The notes beneath the pieces are model-generated. The model did not search any database and was not told the DNA's origin. It saw nothing but the letters and a program-made list of their open reading frames with translations. Positions 39,080 through 51,100 of a stretch of DNA of 64,000 nucleotides are shown here, piece after piece. Each line of letters starts with the position of its first letter. The first letter of the stretch is position 1. The DNA is taken from the IMG/VR virus record IMGVR_UViG_3300013101_002049, positions 32,001 through 96,000 of that record; one strand, written 5' to 3'. A program made the position numbers and the translations under genes. This stretch comes from a virus.

Positions 39080-39397
39080 ATGAAAGAATTTATCGGATGG
39101 GAAGTACAATTAAAAGACGGTACTATTATACGAGAAGGGTCTATGGAGTGGAAGGAAGTGCCAAAGAGGGCGATAGTTAGACTTTCATTGTATCATTATA
39201 ATGGACGTAGATGGGATTTAACTGGTAAGGAGGCGTATGGTATAAAGACAACTGCTTCTATGGTTCCTGGAATTCAAGAGAGTTTTCGGATTGAACGTAG
39301 GACCATTTATTACTATGAAGGTGCGTCAAAGGTTTGTTATCATGTAGATGAAACAACTGGCCGATTTGATATGGAGGTCATTGATAATAGTGAGTAA
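39080..39397 (+). CDS. Hypothetical protein
   Basis: 105 aa, AGGAG SD. Confidence 0.7.
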   Translation: MKEFIGWEVQLKDGTIIREGSMEWKEVPKRAIVRLSLYHYNGRRWDLTGKEAYGIKTTASMVPGIQESFRIERRTIYYYEGASKVCYHVDETTGRFDMEVIDNSE

Positions 39398-42300
39398 GAA
39401 TAAATGTCAATATTGGGTTAATGAGCCTATTGTATGTGAATATTGGGATGAGGTAAATCAGGTTTGTATTTATGCACCTCAGAGTGCTTCTGACGCAGAT
39501 GCGGCTAGTAGGGCACCTTATTGTAATCGGATAGGTACAGATGCATCTTGTGACCAATATACAGGAGATGGTTCTAAACAATATAGGTGTATTTTACCAG
39601 ACCCAAATAGACATGTAGGACAAAGAGATGTTCCTGGTGGTGGTAAATGGACTCTGGATCAGATTAATGGATATAATGATGGTCAGTGTGATGGTAATGG
39701 TACTGATGCTACTTGTTCTGGTTACTCACCTTATCACATGGGTTTTTCATCTATACAGCCGGATAAATATCCTTATGCAGCTGATTTAGAACAATTTGCT
39801 ACAGTTCCTTCTGGATTGGTTTTTAGACTACCTCTTTATTATGATGTTTCTTATATAAGGGCTCAGTTGGGTAGATGCTTTTGGTGGCGGGAGGAAGCCC
39901 AAGAATTCTCAATTGATAGTAATACCGGTAGAATAAACAATGTACCTACACAATGTTTGAATAGAAATGATGAAAAAATACAGGAATATTGGAATGATCA
40001 TAGTTATGATAAAGATTTAGGTATGTGGAAAGCCCCGTGTAATGGTGCCAAACCAGAATGTCCAGGATATACTGGGGTTTGTTGGGAATATTGTGTTGAT
40101 CCTAAAATGAGCCAAGGTGACAAGGTTTTGGCGGAGCAGATTTTGGAGCTGCGATATTATCTTTTTAAGGAAAATTGGGATCTTGATAAATATAAAGATT
40201 CGTTTGCTGAACCAGATATTCAAGCATGGGCGGGTAAAATACATCAAGCGTTAAGTACTGTCAATCCTTTTCAGGTTAATTGGATTATAGATGCATGGCG
40301 TGTTTATTTACCAGATTTTGATTATTTTCATACTGAAAGAGAAAAGCTGCCTTTAACCGCTGGTACCGCTTCAAATAATTATGAAGGTGAATATCCTGAT
40401 TTAGTTAAAGAACTTAAATCAATACCTTTAAAACCAATTATACGAAACAAGTTTGAAACGTTAGAATTTCCCGATGGAGAATATAATGTTTTTGAATCTT
40501 CCGATATAAATCACGAAGACGTAGTAATTTTAGGTGACACATTTTGGTATAATAGTGTTGTTTATGCTATAAATTTGTCTGATCCAGAATTGTCCTTTTT
40601 GCCTAAAGATGAGTTATTACGATATGGTAGTTTATTCGAAATGGAGCAGGCTTGGAGTGATACTACTGGTAAATTTGATGAATTTTATGATGAATTATCT
40701 AATGATTTAGATTTTGTATTAAAAGCTTTTCCTGAAAAAGCCCCTACGTCTTTAGTGGATTCACATTTAAATATGTTTTATATTGGCTCAAAAACTTTTT
40801 GGGGTGATAATGACATATTTGTGTTTGATAAAGGTAGTGGAACGTGGGAATATGATCATATTCATTTTAAAAAATTATTTGTTGGCGGGGTAATAGGTCA
40901 AACGTCTTTTAAAATAGAAGGTGAAGGAACTGCTGATTATTTACCATCATATCAAGATGATTTTGTAGCTTACACTAATAGAAATGGTGAGATAACTTTT
41001 AGTTTCTTTCCTATGGTGTCAGCTTGGTTTGGTGAATCTTGTGATATGGCCTATTTATATAACGATGCTGTGCGTGAACGTTTACCAGCTAATAATCTTA
41101 TTATGCCATTATCAAAGACATATGTGGTTGGCTATAAATTATACAAAATTTTATTTGGTCAGGAAATGGAATTATCTATAACTGATGGAAGTTTAAGAGT
41201 ACTGGGTAATGCAGGTTATATACTTGTAATTATACCAGATACATACAAAGATTTATCAAACGCGGTGCGCCCATGGGAAATAGATGGGAAAATGTATTTA
41301 TATTATGCTGAAGATGATAGAATAGAGATGGAAGTGTATGAAAAGGGCACCGATCGTTTAGAAGTAAATCAATTTATAATAAAACCTAAAAATATAAATG
41401 AATTTAAACAAATATGTAATAATACTTATTTATATATAAATAAATTATATACATATGAAAAGCATAGTTTTGGTGAAGTTCCGGAAAGATCTCATTATGG
41501 TTCAGAAGTTGTGCCTGATTCTTATGTAACGGTTAGTGGTAGTGATCCAGATTCCGTTATTTATCGAGATGATATTATGGAATTAGAAAATGATGAATAT
41601 AATTATACATTGAGTAAATTTGGTTATGATCCATTGATTATGTCGGTCGTATTAAAAGGACGAACTGGTAGAACACGCGGTCAGATTAAAACAAAATTAT
41701 TGACTTGGGTTAGACAACCTTATTGTCGTGATGTTGAAATTTTTTACTCATGGTCAGCTTCTTATAGGAAATATACTTTATTACCTGAGTATAATTGTTA
41801 TGGTAAGCCAGGTGCGGAGTATGAGGTAGACGAAAATGATGCGCCTGTTTCTATAAATAATGGATATGTACCTCCTTGTGGTGATCACGATTTGAGTTTT
41901 TTTTCTGAGACCGGTCCCATGTGGTATCCATATAATGAATGTGATAATTATGCACGATATAATATAGTAGGTAATCTTACTGAATTTGATATTCGCATAA
42001 TGGAACCTTTTTGGGAAGGTGTTGATCCGCCCCATGGTAAATGGGATATACGTATGTTAGGTCCGGCCGATCATTTTGGTTATACTTGTGATTCGCATGC
42101 TCATTTATGGAATTGTTTGTGTGATTGGTCTTTTTGTAATGAGGACAAATTAGGTGAAAATAGATTTTCCGGATATGGTTATTACCGCTGTGGTCTTGAT
42201 TTTTTAGCTAAAGAAAGAGCTTTAAGAAATGACGGATCTTTGCCTAAATTCGGTAATGTATACCGGGATTTTCTCAGAAGTTATAGATCTATGGATAATA

Positions 42301-44777
42301 TAGATTATTATGTTGTGAACGAAGCGTCGTCTTCATTTGTACGTAAGAATAAATGGGTTCCAGCTAATGAGTTTTATACAGTGGCAGATATTGGTGCTAC
42401 AACACAGGATTATCCCTATTTGTTATATTGTAGTAGTGATTATTATGATGATGGTTCTTTTTTTATAAATCCATTTGGTTTATATTTGGTAGATGATGAT
42501 TTAGAAAATATTCCAATAGACGAAAAAATAAAAGTAGATGGATCTACAAATTTACCAGTACGTTATAGATTTGATGATGTGTTTAGAACACATAGTTCTT
42601 TAGCTGGTTTATATTACCCATATCCTAAAAATCCTTATCAAGCTATGGTAGGTAGTATATTAGTTGATATAATAACTTGGTATACATATAATGATTACCC
42701 AGATGGTGATAGTACTAAATCTATTCAATGGGCATGGCAGGAAATTTGGAAAGATATTGATAGATATCGTGTTGTGTATGACAATAGTTTATCCGTTACT
42801 TATTTAGGAAGTCATCCAATTTTAGATGAGGAAGATTCTTATTTTGATGAGTATATAGATTCTAATTATGAAGATATCAGCGGGGATATTAAAGGGCGCC
42901 ATTTATTTTTAAATGTGGAGTATCCAGAATATAAATATGATTTTAAATTAGGTGAACACAGATTAGTTTGTGATGAGGGTGATTCAACAATTAATATTTT
43001 AGCCCCTATAAAAGAGGAATCAGGGGTATTTACTGGTAATTATTGGCAGATACAATTAAATAATGGTCCGGTTAGATGTTTTGATGCAAGTGGCGATTGG
43101 GTAAATACAGTTAGTGGGTGTAATAAAGATTTATATGATACTTGTACCATGTCCCCATGGGTGACTGATATAACATTGTTCGATACTGGATATAATAGCA
43201 CAATACCTTCTTCAGATCGTACTATTCAAACTTATGATAGTATTGGTGACCCTGTTTATGAATATTATCAAAGAGGTTTAAATATAGCGATTGATGATAC
43301 AAAACTTGATTTAGTACCTTCAAAAATGGTAGTTTTAAATGAAGATAAGTATTTAGTTAGTTGTGATGTAGCTCCAAACTGTTTAGATAGTGGTTCTAAA
43401 ATTCCTTGGTCTGATATAATTCCAGGTGATTGGTATCCTAATACTACTGGTAACTACTATTATGCTAAATATTGTTGCGGTAATACAGATTCGGGTGATG
43501 GAGTTAACATTGATTTTAAATTTCAGGATAGTAATGGGGAGGAACAACAGCGTGTAATTTCTGGTGTTCTTATTGAATTTAAATATGGATCTATAGAGAC
43601 AGAAGGAAGAACTCCACCTATAGAAGGTGCAGATTACTTTGGTAGTCTTTATCATTTACCAGGTTTAAAAATGTATAGTTCGTCTAATGGTTCAAATTGG
43701 ACGGAAGTGTATAGTTTGGACGCTATGTATTTAGCTACTAAATATGATGTTTATGAAAATAAAACTGGATTTTATAATTTAGGAGTAAATGCTCGGGATT
43801 ATCTCAATGGTTATTCTTATTTTAGAATATCCTTTAGAATATCACCTACTAATACCGAAGTTGAAAGTCGAAAAGGTCTTTCTAAATATTACGATATAAT
43901 CAGTACAACTAATATTGTTGGAATTAATGGAATAAAGCTTTATTTTGGAGATTTAGTGGATGCGGTTGAGGACATCGTCACTTATGAACGAAAATATAAT
44001 ATATCTTATGGTGAGCATGGTGATTTTCCACCTCATGGATATGAATCGACAGGATCTTTATTATATCCTACTCCAACTGATAAATCTACAGTATATCAAT
44101 ACGACACTATTGGTGGTGTAGTTGGTATGCCAGGTAGTAGTGGGGAAGTTAATTCTATGAACAAAGTTCGTGGTAGAATAATGCAAGAATGTGTAGCTGA
44201 TAAATCTCGATTAGATATTAGTGGTGGTGGAAGCAATGCTTGGTTATACAAAGCTGAAGCTGAGCAGAAAAAAATTCATGATGAAATAGCTATAAATAAG
44301 GGCAACACAGCTTTTACTTTAACGTCAGTTACGCCACCAGGTTTAGAAGATTTTTTGAATGAGATGGAATTATCGTTTCCGACGTGGTCTTGTTCTTTTA
44401 CTAACACGTTAGTCAGGCCACTTAGTCCTATATTGGAACGCGGATTATATAGTCCATGTGGGCATAGTTTTGATAGAGACATGGAGAATGCTCATTTGGA
44501 ATATAATTGCGGTAAGCACGGTACTCCATTTCACAGATCTACTGAAGTAGTGTATGATTATGTATTTAGGCATTATTGTAGTGATTATGAACAGGAAATG
44601 GTTGATGTATTGGTAGCTTATTATAGAGGTATTGGTAATTTGTTAATTAATCCATTTGTGTTTATCCAAGCTGATGCTGCTAGAGCTAGTCGATTTAGTT
44701 CACATTATAGAACTTATAGAGCTCAGGGCGGTGATGTGGTTTTGAGTTTTCCTCCAATAGTGGATCCAATAAATTAG
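39390..44777 (+). CDS. Large Cys-rich virion/tail protein
   Basis: ~1795 aa. GGAGGT at 39373-39378 supports the GTG start at 39390 (track start 39348). Dense Cys/Trp/Tyr N-terminus, acidic overall. Confidence 0.75.
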   Translation: MSKNKCQYWVNEPIVCEYWDEVNQVCIYAPQSASDADAASRAPYCNRIGTDASCDQYTGDGSKQYRCILPDPNRHVGQRDVPGGGKWTLDQINGYNDGQCDGNGTDATCSGYSPYHMGFSSIQPDKYPYAADLEQFATVPSGLVFRLPLYYDVSYIRAQLGRCFWWREEAQEFSIDSNTGRINNVPTQCLNRNDEKIQEYWNDHSYDKDLGMWKAPCNGAKPECPGYTGVCWEYCVDPKMSQGDKVLAEQILELRYYLFKENWDLDKYKDSFAEPDIQAWAGKIHQALSTVNPFQVNWIIDAWRVYLPDFDYFHTEREKLPLTAGTASNNYEGEYPDLVKELKSIPLKPIIRNKFETLEFPDGEYNVFESSDINHEDVVILGDTFWYNSVVYAINLSDPELSFLPKDELLRYGSLFEMEQAWSDTTGKFDEFYDELSNDLDFVLKAFPEKAPTSLVDSHLNMFYIGSKTFWGDNDIFVFDKGSGTWEYDHIHFKKLFVGGVIGQTSFKIEGEGTADYLPSYQDDFVAYTNRNGEITFSFFPMVSAWFGESCDMAYLYNDAVRERLPANNLIMPLSKTYVVGYKLYKILFGQEMELSITDGSLRVLGNAGYILVIIPDTYKDLSNAVRPWEIDGKMYLYYAEDDRIEMEVYEKGTDRLEVNQFIIKPKNINEFKQICNNTYLYINKLYTYEKHSFGEVPERSHYGSEVVPDSYVTVSGSDPDSVIYRDDIMELENDEYNYTLSKFGYDPLIMSVVLKGRTGRTRGQIKTKLLTWVRQPYCRDVEIFYSWSASYRKYTLLPEYNCYGKPGAEYEVDENDAPVSINNGYVPPCGDHDLSFFSETGPMWYPYNECDNYARYNIVGNLTEFDIRIMEPFWEGVDPPHGKWDIRMLGPADHFGYTCDSHAHLWNCLCDWSFCNEDKLGENRFSGYGYYRCGLDFLAKERALRNDGSLPKFGNVYRDFLRSYRSMDNIDYYVVNEASSSFVRKNKWVPANEFYTVADIGATTQDYPYLLYCSSDYYDDGSFFINPFGLYLVDDDLENIPIDEKIKVDGSTNLPVRYRFDDVFRTHSSLAGLYYPYPKNPYQAMVGSILVDIITWYTYNDYPDGDSTKSIQWAWQEIWKDIDRYRVVYDNSLSVTYLGSHPILDEEDSYFDEYIDSNYEDISGDIKGRHLFLNVEYPEYKYDFKLGEHRLVCDEGDSTINILAPIKEESGVFTGNYWQIQLNNGPVRCFDASGDWVNTVSGCNKDLYDTCTMSPWVTDITLFDTGYNSTIPSSDRTIQTYDSIGDPVYEYYQRGLNIAIDDTKLDLVPSKMVVLNEDKYLVSCDVAPNCLDSGSKIPWSDIIPGDWYPNTTGNYYYAKYCCGNTDSGDGVNIDFKFQDSNGEEQQRVISGVLIEFKYGSIETEGRTPPIEGADYFGSLYHLPGLKMYSSSNGSNWTEVYSLDAMYLATKYDVYENKTGFYNLGVNARDYLNGYSYFRISFRISPTNTEVESRKGLSKYYDIISTTNIVGINGIKLYFGDLVDAVEDIVTYERKYNISYGEHGDFPPHGYESTGSLLYPTPTDKSTVYQYDTIGGVVGMPGSSGEVNSMNKVRGRIMQECVADKSRLDISGGGSNAWLYKAEAEQKKIHDEIAINKGNTAFTLTSVTPPGLEDFLNEMELSFPTWSCSFTNTLVRPLSPILERGLYSPCGHSFDRDMENAHLEYNCGKHGTPFHRSTEVVYDYVFRHYCSDYEQEMVDVLVAYYRGIGNLLINPFVFIQADAARASRFSSHYRTYRAQGGDVVLSFPPIVDPIN

Positions 44778-44785
44778 GAGTAATT

Positions 44786-45178
44786 ATGTTTACTATTAAG
44801 TGTGATAAATGTTCTGGTAATTTGGTAATGGATATGCGTTCTACTATGAACAACTATATAAAGGATGATTGGAAGTACGAAATAGATATTGATACTGGAA
44901 AATTGATTGAAGATTCTATTCAGAAATATTTGATTTATACTTGCAAAAAGTGTGGAACAAACTATAAGTTTACCTATAAAGAATGGGAAAAACGTTATAG
45001 AAAAGAATTAGCGACACAGATTATGGAAATTAAAAAGATGAAAGTATTTAGAACATTGAATCCAGCTGCTATAAAAGAAGAAAATGGAATAGAATTTTGT
45101 GGTCAATGTAGTGGGTATGCTGGAGACGGATATTGTTTAGTGGATATTATTAAACAGTGTTCTATAAGGAAATCATAA
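44786..45178 (+). CDS. Zn-finger-like protein
   Basis: CDKC, CKKC, CGQC plus two further Cys; AGGAG SD. Confidence 0.7.
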   Translation: MFTIKCDKCSGNLVMDMRSTMNNYIKDDWKYEIDIDTGKLIEDSIQKYLIYTCKKCGTNYKFTYKEWEKRYRKELATQIMEIKKMKVFRTLNPAAIKEENGIEFCGQCSGYAGDGYCLVDIIKQCSIRKS

Positions 45179-48100
45179 ATGTCATATAATTTTTTAAGAG
45201 ATTCCAGATATATAAGAAATTCATTTCTATGTATGTATGATACATTGGACGGGTATTCGTCTGATTTTCATGAAAATGGTGACGTAGATGGTTGGGATCT
45301 GTATAATAATATATATTTATATGGATGTTGGAATGGTGTTTTATTTGGAACATCTTATGATAGAGATTGTTATATAGGTCGTTCCGCTAATTTATTACCT
45401 ATCGAGGCTGAATATTATTATGTAGTTAAAATAATGATGAAAGTTACTAATAATAATTCTGACAAAGCTGTGCAAGGTCTTACAACTGGTAGAATTAGAT
45501 GGACTCGTTTGGGTGATAGTAGTTGGGATTCGAATAAACAAATGGATTTTGATATTACAGCGGACGATAAATGGCATTTATATACTATTAATATGGGGCC
45601 GGCTCAGTGGTGGCAAGGCGATATTAGTAATTTGAGAATTTATCCTTTTCTTGATGGTTGGTCTGGTGATGAATTTGCCATTAAATATGTTAAAATTAGT
45701 TCGCAAAATAAGTATGCTTGTACTAATACACAATGTCCTTATTATTTAAGTTATGAACACCCCTGTCCTGGTGGCGGTAGTAGGGGTAGTTGTGAGTCTG
45801 GTTTACAAAATACTACATATACAACTATATCTGGAGTAAACGATAAGTTTTCTATAAATATAGACGGCTATGGAGAAGAAACATTTGATTTAGGTACTAA
45901 TGAAAATGTTACTCCAATAGAGATGGCAAAAATTCTCGCAAATAATATAGCTTCTCTTAATGTAGGAGGTTATTCATATGTTGAAGTTGATTATTCTGAA
46001 AATGATAAATTAAAAATATATTCTGGAACAGTAGGATCAGACAGTTCAGTGATGGTTGTGGATTCATCCGCCGCCAGAGCTCTTGGTTTTTTCGATAATG
46101 AAGGTAATGATATTTCAACTACTGAAATAGGCACTGATCCGGCTGATGGGTTTGATTATGCGTCATCACGTATGCTGACTGCATTGGAAATTAATAAGTT
46201 GATTGATGGGCGTACTAATTCGTTTGCATACATTCATAATCCACAACAATATAATATTGAAGGTGGTCGTAGAGATTTTAATGAAATTGGAACTTCTCGA
46301 TTGCTGTCTGGGGTTACTTCTGGTGAATATTATCAGTCATTAAATAATACAGGACGAACTTTAATAGATTTATCTCATCCAATAAATAATAATGGGTGGC
46401 TTAAAGCTATTTATATGTATGGAAAAATAACGTCGTTGGCTAAGATAAAGATATTAAGACCTAAAAAAGACGGTACATTTACTGTAGTTTATTCATTGGA
46501 TATGCCCACAGAAGATGCTACTAAGCTTTATACTACTAGACCTATTAATTATCGGGTTGATTGTGATATATTAGTTACTAAGGGTGATGTTATTGGGATT
46601 TATAATGCTGATTTATATGTTGGTGTTACGTTAAATGGCCGCCCGGATGCTGTGTTTCAGCAGTTAGCTGGTGATGTTGTGGTTGGTGATGCGATAGATG
46701 CTGGTGAAGTTTATTCATTTGGTGTTGCTGGATTCGCTATATATGCTCGTGGAGATAGATGGCAAGATAATATAGTTTTAGATATTGATTTAGGTGATAG
46801 AATTAATATTGAAGAAATGAACATTTATGGTAGAGAAGAATCTGATGAATTTGAATTTAATATAGCATCTTGTTTAGATTTAAGTTGGGATGTTGATTTA
46901 TATAATGAAACACATTACCATTCAGGTGTTAGATGGACTGATGGTACTACTTGGACTGAAACTCATTTGAATGTTGGTTATGGGCATAGTTGTTTAAATG
47001 ATTGTGTTAGAACGGCTGATAATGGTAGGCAAGGTGATACGTTTACATCTGGACCTAATGGCATGGAAACTTACGGCCATCATGCATATTTTTATGTTGA
47101 TGGTGACGCTGAGTGGTTGTATTCATTCAGTTGTACTGGTAAAACTGAATATTGTTGGCCGTATGTACCTGGATCAGCATATGGTACTACACGTACGGCT
47201 GGTGTAGGAGGTTTTACACGGGACCCTATTTCATTTACGTTGATGTTTCCTTATAATTTTACAACTAAAATTCATAAAAGTATAGTTTATTTTAAAGAAC
47301 GTAATAATTTTCGTAGTATTGAGTTATCTTATTATCTTGGGCCTTATCAATCTACTGGTAATGCATACAAAGACTCACGATTTATGAGGGTGCCTGATTA
47401 TACTTCGGTAAAATTAGATGGGCTGGAATATTTACCTGATTCGGATGATATGTCAAATGATTATATTTTTAATAACCCAACCAATGAAGATATACAATTT
47501 GCTCGAGCTAATAGATATGATCCAATTAATTGGCGTGAATATAGGGCTGCTTTGATTACTGATTGGACTATTTTAGAACATAATTTCGATCCGGTAGGAT
47601 GTGCTGGTTTTAGAATTTACACTAATAATCATAATAGTACAAAGATTATGGAAATGGAGTTGTATAGTAAAGTTGAAACTGACCCGTCGTTATTAGATAA
47701 TGTGTCATTGTCATTTTCTGATTATGGAGAAATATGGATTGATGTATCATTTGAAGAAATAAATGATAGTAAAATTTCTGGATTTATGGGTGGTGCGCCT
47801 AGGTATATGCGTTTGGAATTTTCATCTGCTACTACATTTGAATTAAATGAAATTGAATGTTTGGTTGGTGATCAAGTTAAATTAGAAGATTGTAAAGATA
47901 TTATTGATTTAAACCATGCGCCAAATAAAAGAATAGGTGATTCAACTCCGATAGTGTTAGAGAATGTTTATGATAAAGCTTTTGATTTAAGTGTTGATAT
48001 ACCAAGGGAAACTAGTGAAAGCGAAGATATTATTTTTTGGAGCAAATTAAATTCGCAAACAGATGTTGAAGATCCACAAATTGGTCCTGGTTGTAAATTG

Positions 48101-51100
48101 TATAAAAATGATGATTATGATATTCGAAATGACAATAAGCAGTGTGCTATAAATGTACCTGCATATGGGTTAAAAAATATAATTGATAATAAAAATTCTT
48201 ATGTTTATGAAAATGCTGGGGATTGGAGATTTCATGAAGTTTTATCAAGCGGAGTTTCATTGGATTATTCTAATAGTGAAATTGATTTTAGAGAAACGTT
48301 GGTTACTTTTCCTGCCGTATCTAGTAAATATTGGAAAATAGTGCATAGTGATTCGGGTCTTTTATTAAGTAATATTACTCCATATTTTGACGATACTGAT
48401 AGAGACGTAGGTGAAGTTTATGCATGGAGCACTAATGATAATTTGTCACAGAATTATACTTTAACGCATCGAGATGGGCTTGATATAGAAGGAAGTCCAT
48501 TACGAAATGATGTAACTGGAGAAGCACTTGATTTGATTTGGAGTATTGTTCCTTCAGGCACTATAATTATGGATAATATGGGTGCTGTGGTTGATAATTA
48601 TACTGGTAGTAGTAGTCCTTATATAATTAGTACATTTGATTCTATGACAGATTTTACATTTTTTATTGATTTTATAATGTATAGAGCATCAGATAATAGG
48701 ATGGCAATTACACAAGTTGATTTTTTAGATAGCGGTGATAATCGAGTAATACGATGGGAAATTTATGATTATTGGGTAGGTAGTCAGCAAACAGCTCATA
48801 GATTATATGATAAATCAACACCATTATGGGGTGATCATGTATATGTAACGATTAATAATACAGCCACAGATTTTAATGGTTTATACATAGAGCGGCAAGG
48901 TAGTAATTTAATTTATAAATTGAATGGAGTAGAATATTATAATGGGTCTTTTTCTGCTGATGCTGTGGCTAAGATGAAAATTGTATTGGCAAGATCGCCA
49001 AGTTATACTCCACCAGATAAACATGGTGTGTATTTTTCATCTCAAGAAACTATGGGTTTTAGTTTGGATAGTAGTGAGGCGTTAAATAAAATACGATTTA
49101 GACATTTAAATGGTAATTTTCCGTCATCAGCAGAAATTTGGGTTAGCCCCGATAATGGTAATAACTATATTAAATGGAGTAATTTGACATTAGAGGAATC
49201 AAATCAGACGTTTTATCAGTATTTTGCTATTGATTTAGAAAAACGACATGATCTTGCGATATTAAGAAACTATGGCGAAGCATCAAATAAACTTTGGTTA
49301 AGTGTAGATGACTCTAATGTAACATATTCAAATACAGAAACCAGTGATGTTGAAAGTGTAGTATGGGACAATACGGATTATGATGATACACGATGGATTA
49401 GAATAGCATTATTGTGTGGTGATGGTGTTAGAAGATGGTTAAGAAAAGTAGGTATATATCCCGATATTACTACTGCATATTGTATAGGTGGTGGATATAA
49501 TTGTGAATGGTATTCTTTGGGTAATATTTTATCGGATTATTATAACCCGATAAATGTAGCTTATGGCGCTGTTGTAACTGGAACTAATAATTACTTTAGA
49601 GATTTTTATCCTGATAATGCAGTGGATGGTATTAGTACCGATTATAGATCGCAGGCATGCTGGGGCTTTGATGATAGTGATGGTGATCCTTATTTAGAAA
49701 TTGATTTTGGCCAATTGTATGATATAAATAAGATTGTATTATATCATGGGTATAGTCCTGATGATGATGATTATATGAACGTGGATTACAATTTTAAAGT
49801 ATCTACCACAGTCAGCGGTGATGATTTTACTACCGTGTTTTCGATAACGAGTAATTCTGATTTTACTAGAACTCATTATTTTACACCGGTTTCGGCACGT
49901 AGAGCACGATTAACAATAACAGATTATGATCATGGCAGATTATTTATTGTTGATCCGATTACAAATGAATACGAAGTATTTCTCGGTAGTTTTTTACGAG
50001 AGATTGGGGTATATACATATACTGATGTTGGATATATAAATAGTGAAAACTGGCCGATAGTTTGTATGAATTTATTAGATCAATTTCAGATAGTGAATCA
50101 TGAATTGATTAATAAAGATCCGTCAGATACAGATACAGATTGGGATAATGATGAAATTTATTTTAAATATTCGGATAATATATTTAATGATCCAGAAAAG
50201 GTTTCGTTTACTAGGGCGGGTAGTGAAGTAGAGATTTATTCTACAAGTGATAGTTCTGGAGATGCGGCGACCACCTTTGAATATATTTTTGATGAAAATG
50301 TATATTTTGATGCTGGAAGTTATAATGTAGAATGGCAGTCATATTATAATCAGTCAGATGCTGAAATTAGTTTAACTTTAGAAGGTCCTGATTTAGCTGA
50401 ATTGTATGCTGAGACAATAAGTACAACTTGGGCAGATGAATCGGGTGTAATTGAAGTGCCTATGGATGGATTTTATACTGTTAAAGTAGTTCAACACGAA
50501 AATTCTGAGAATCATTGGGGTGGTAGAAATGTGTATATATACAGAATGGCTGGTTTGACTAAATGGGTATCAGTTAAACGAGACACCGCAGAAAATTATT
50601 CTTGGGACGATGATTCAGCCAAATATGGAGCTGATTATTTGACGTTAATAAAGATATTTGGTGATACAAAATATATACCTACGGAATATGGTTGGTGGTG
50701 GCAATCTACTTTGAGTGAAATCAGTAATGATAGTTTGTTAGTAAAGACCGGAGCTAGGTCTTTGAAAATATCTTATCCCACATCATCGGGTATTGATACA
50801 GTTCAATTTTTTGAAGGCGATGATTTTGGTCAGGATGTTTATTTTTCTGCAAAAGATATGTTACATTTTTGGTTGTATATTGATGACGTGTCTGAATTAG
50901 ATACAGCTACTGGTGATATTACATTTGGAATAATAAATGATGCTGATCCGGCTTATTATATTTGGTATATTGAAAATTTAAGTTTGAATACAGGTTGGAA
51001 TAGTTTAAAGTTAAAGTTTGAAGATGCTGAATATACTTATCCGGTACCGAGTCAGTCTGATTATATATTTGGGTATTTGAATGCTGGTTTGGATTTTCGT

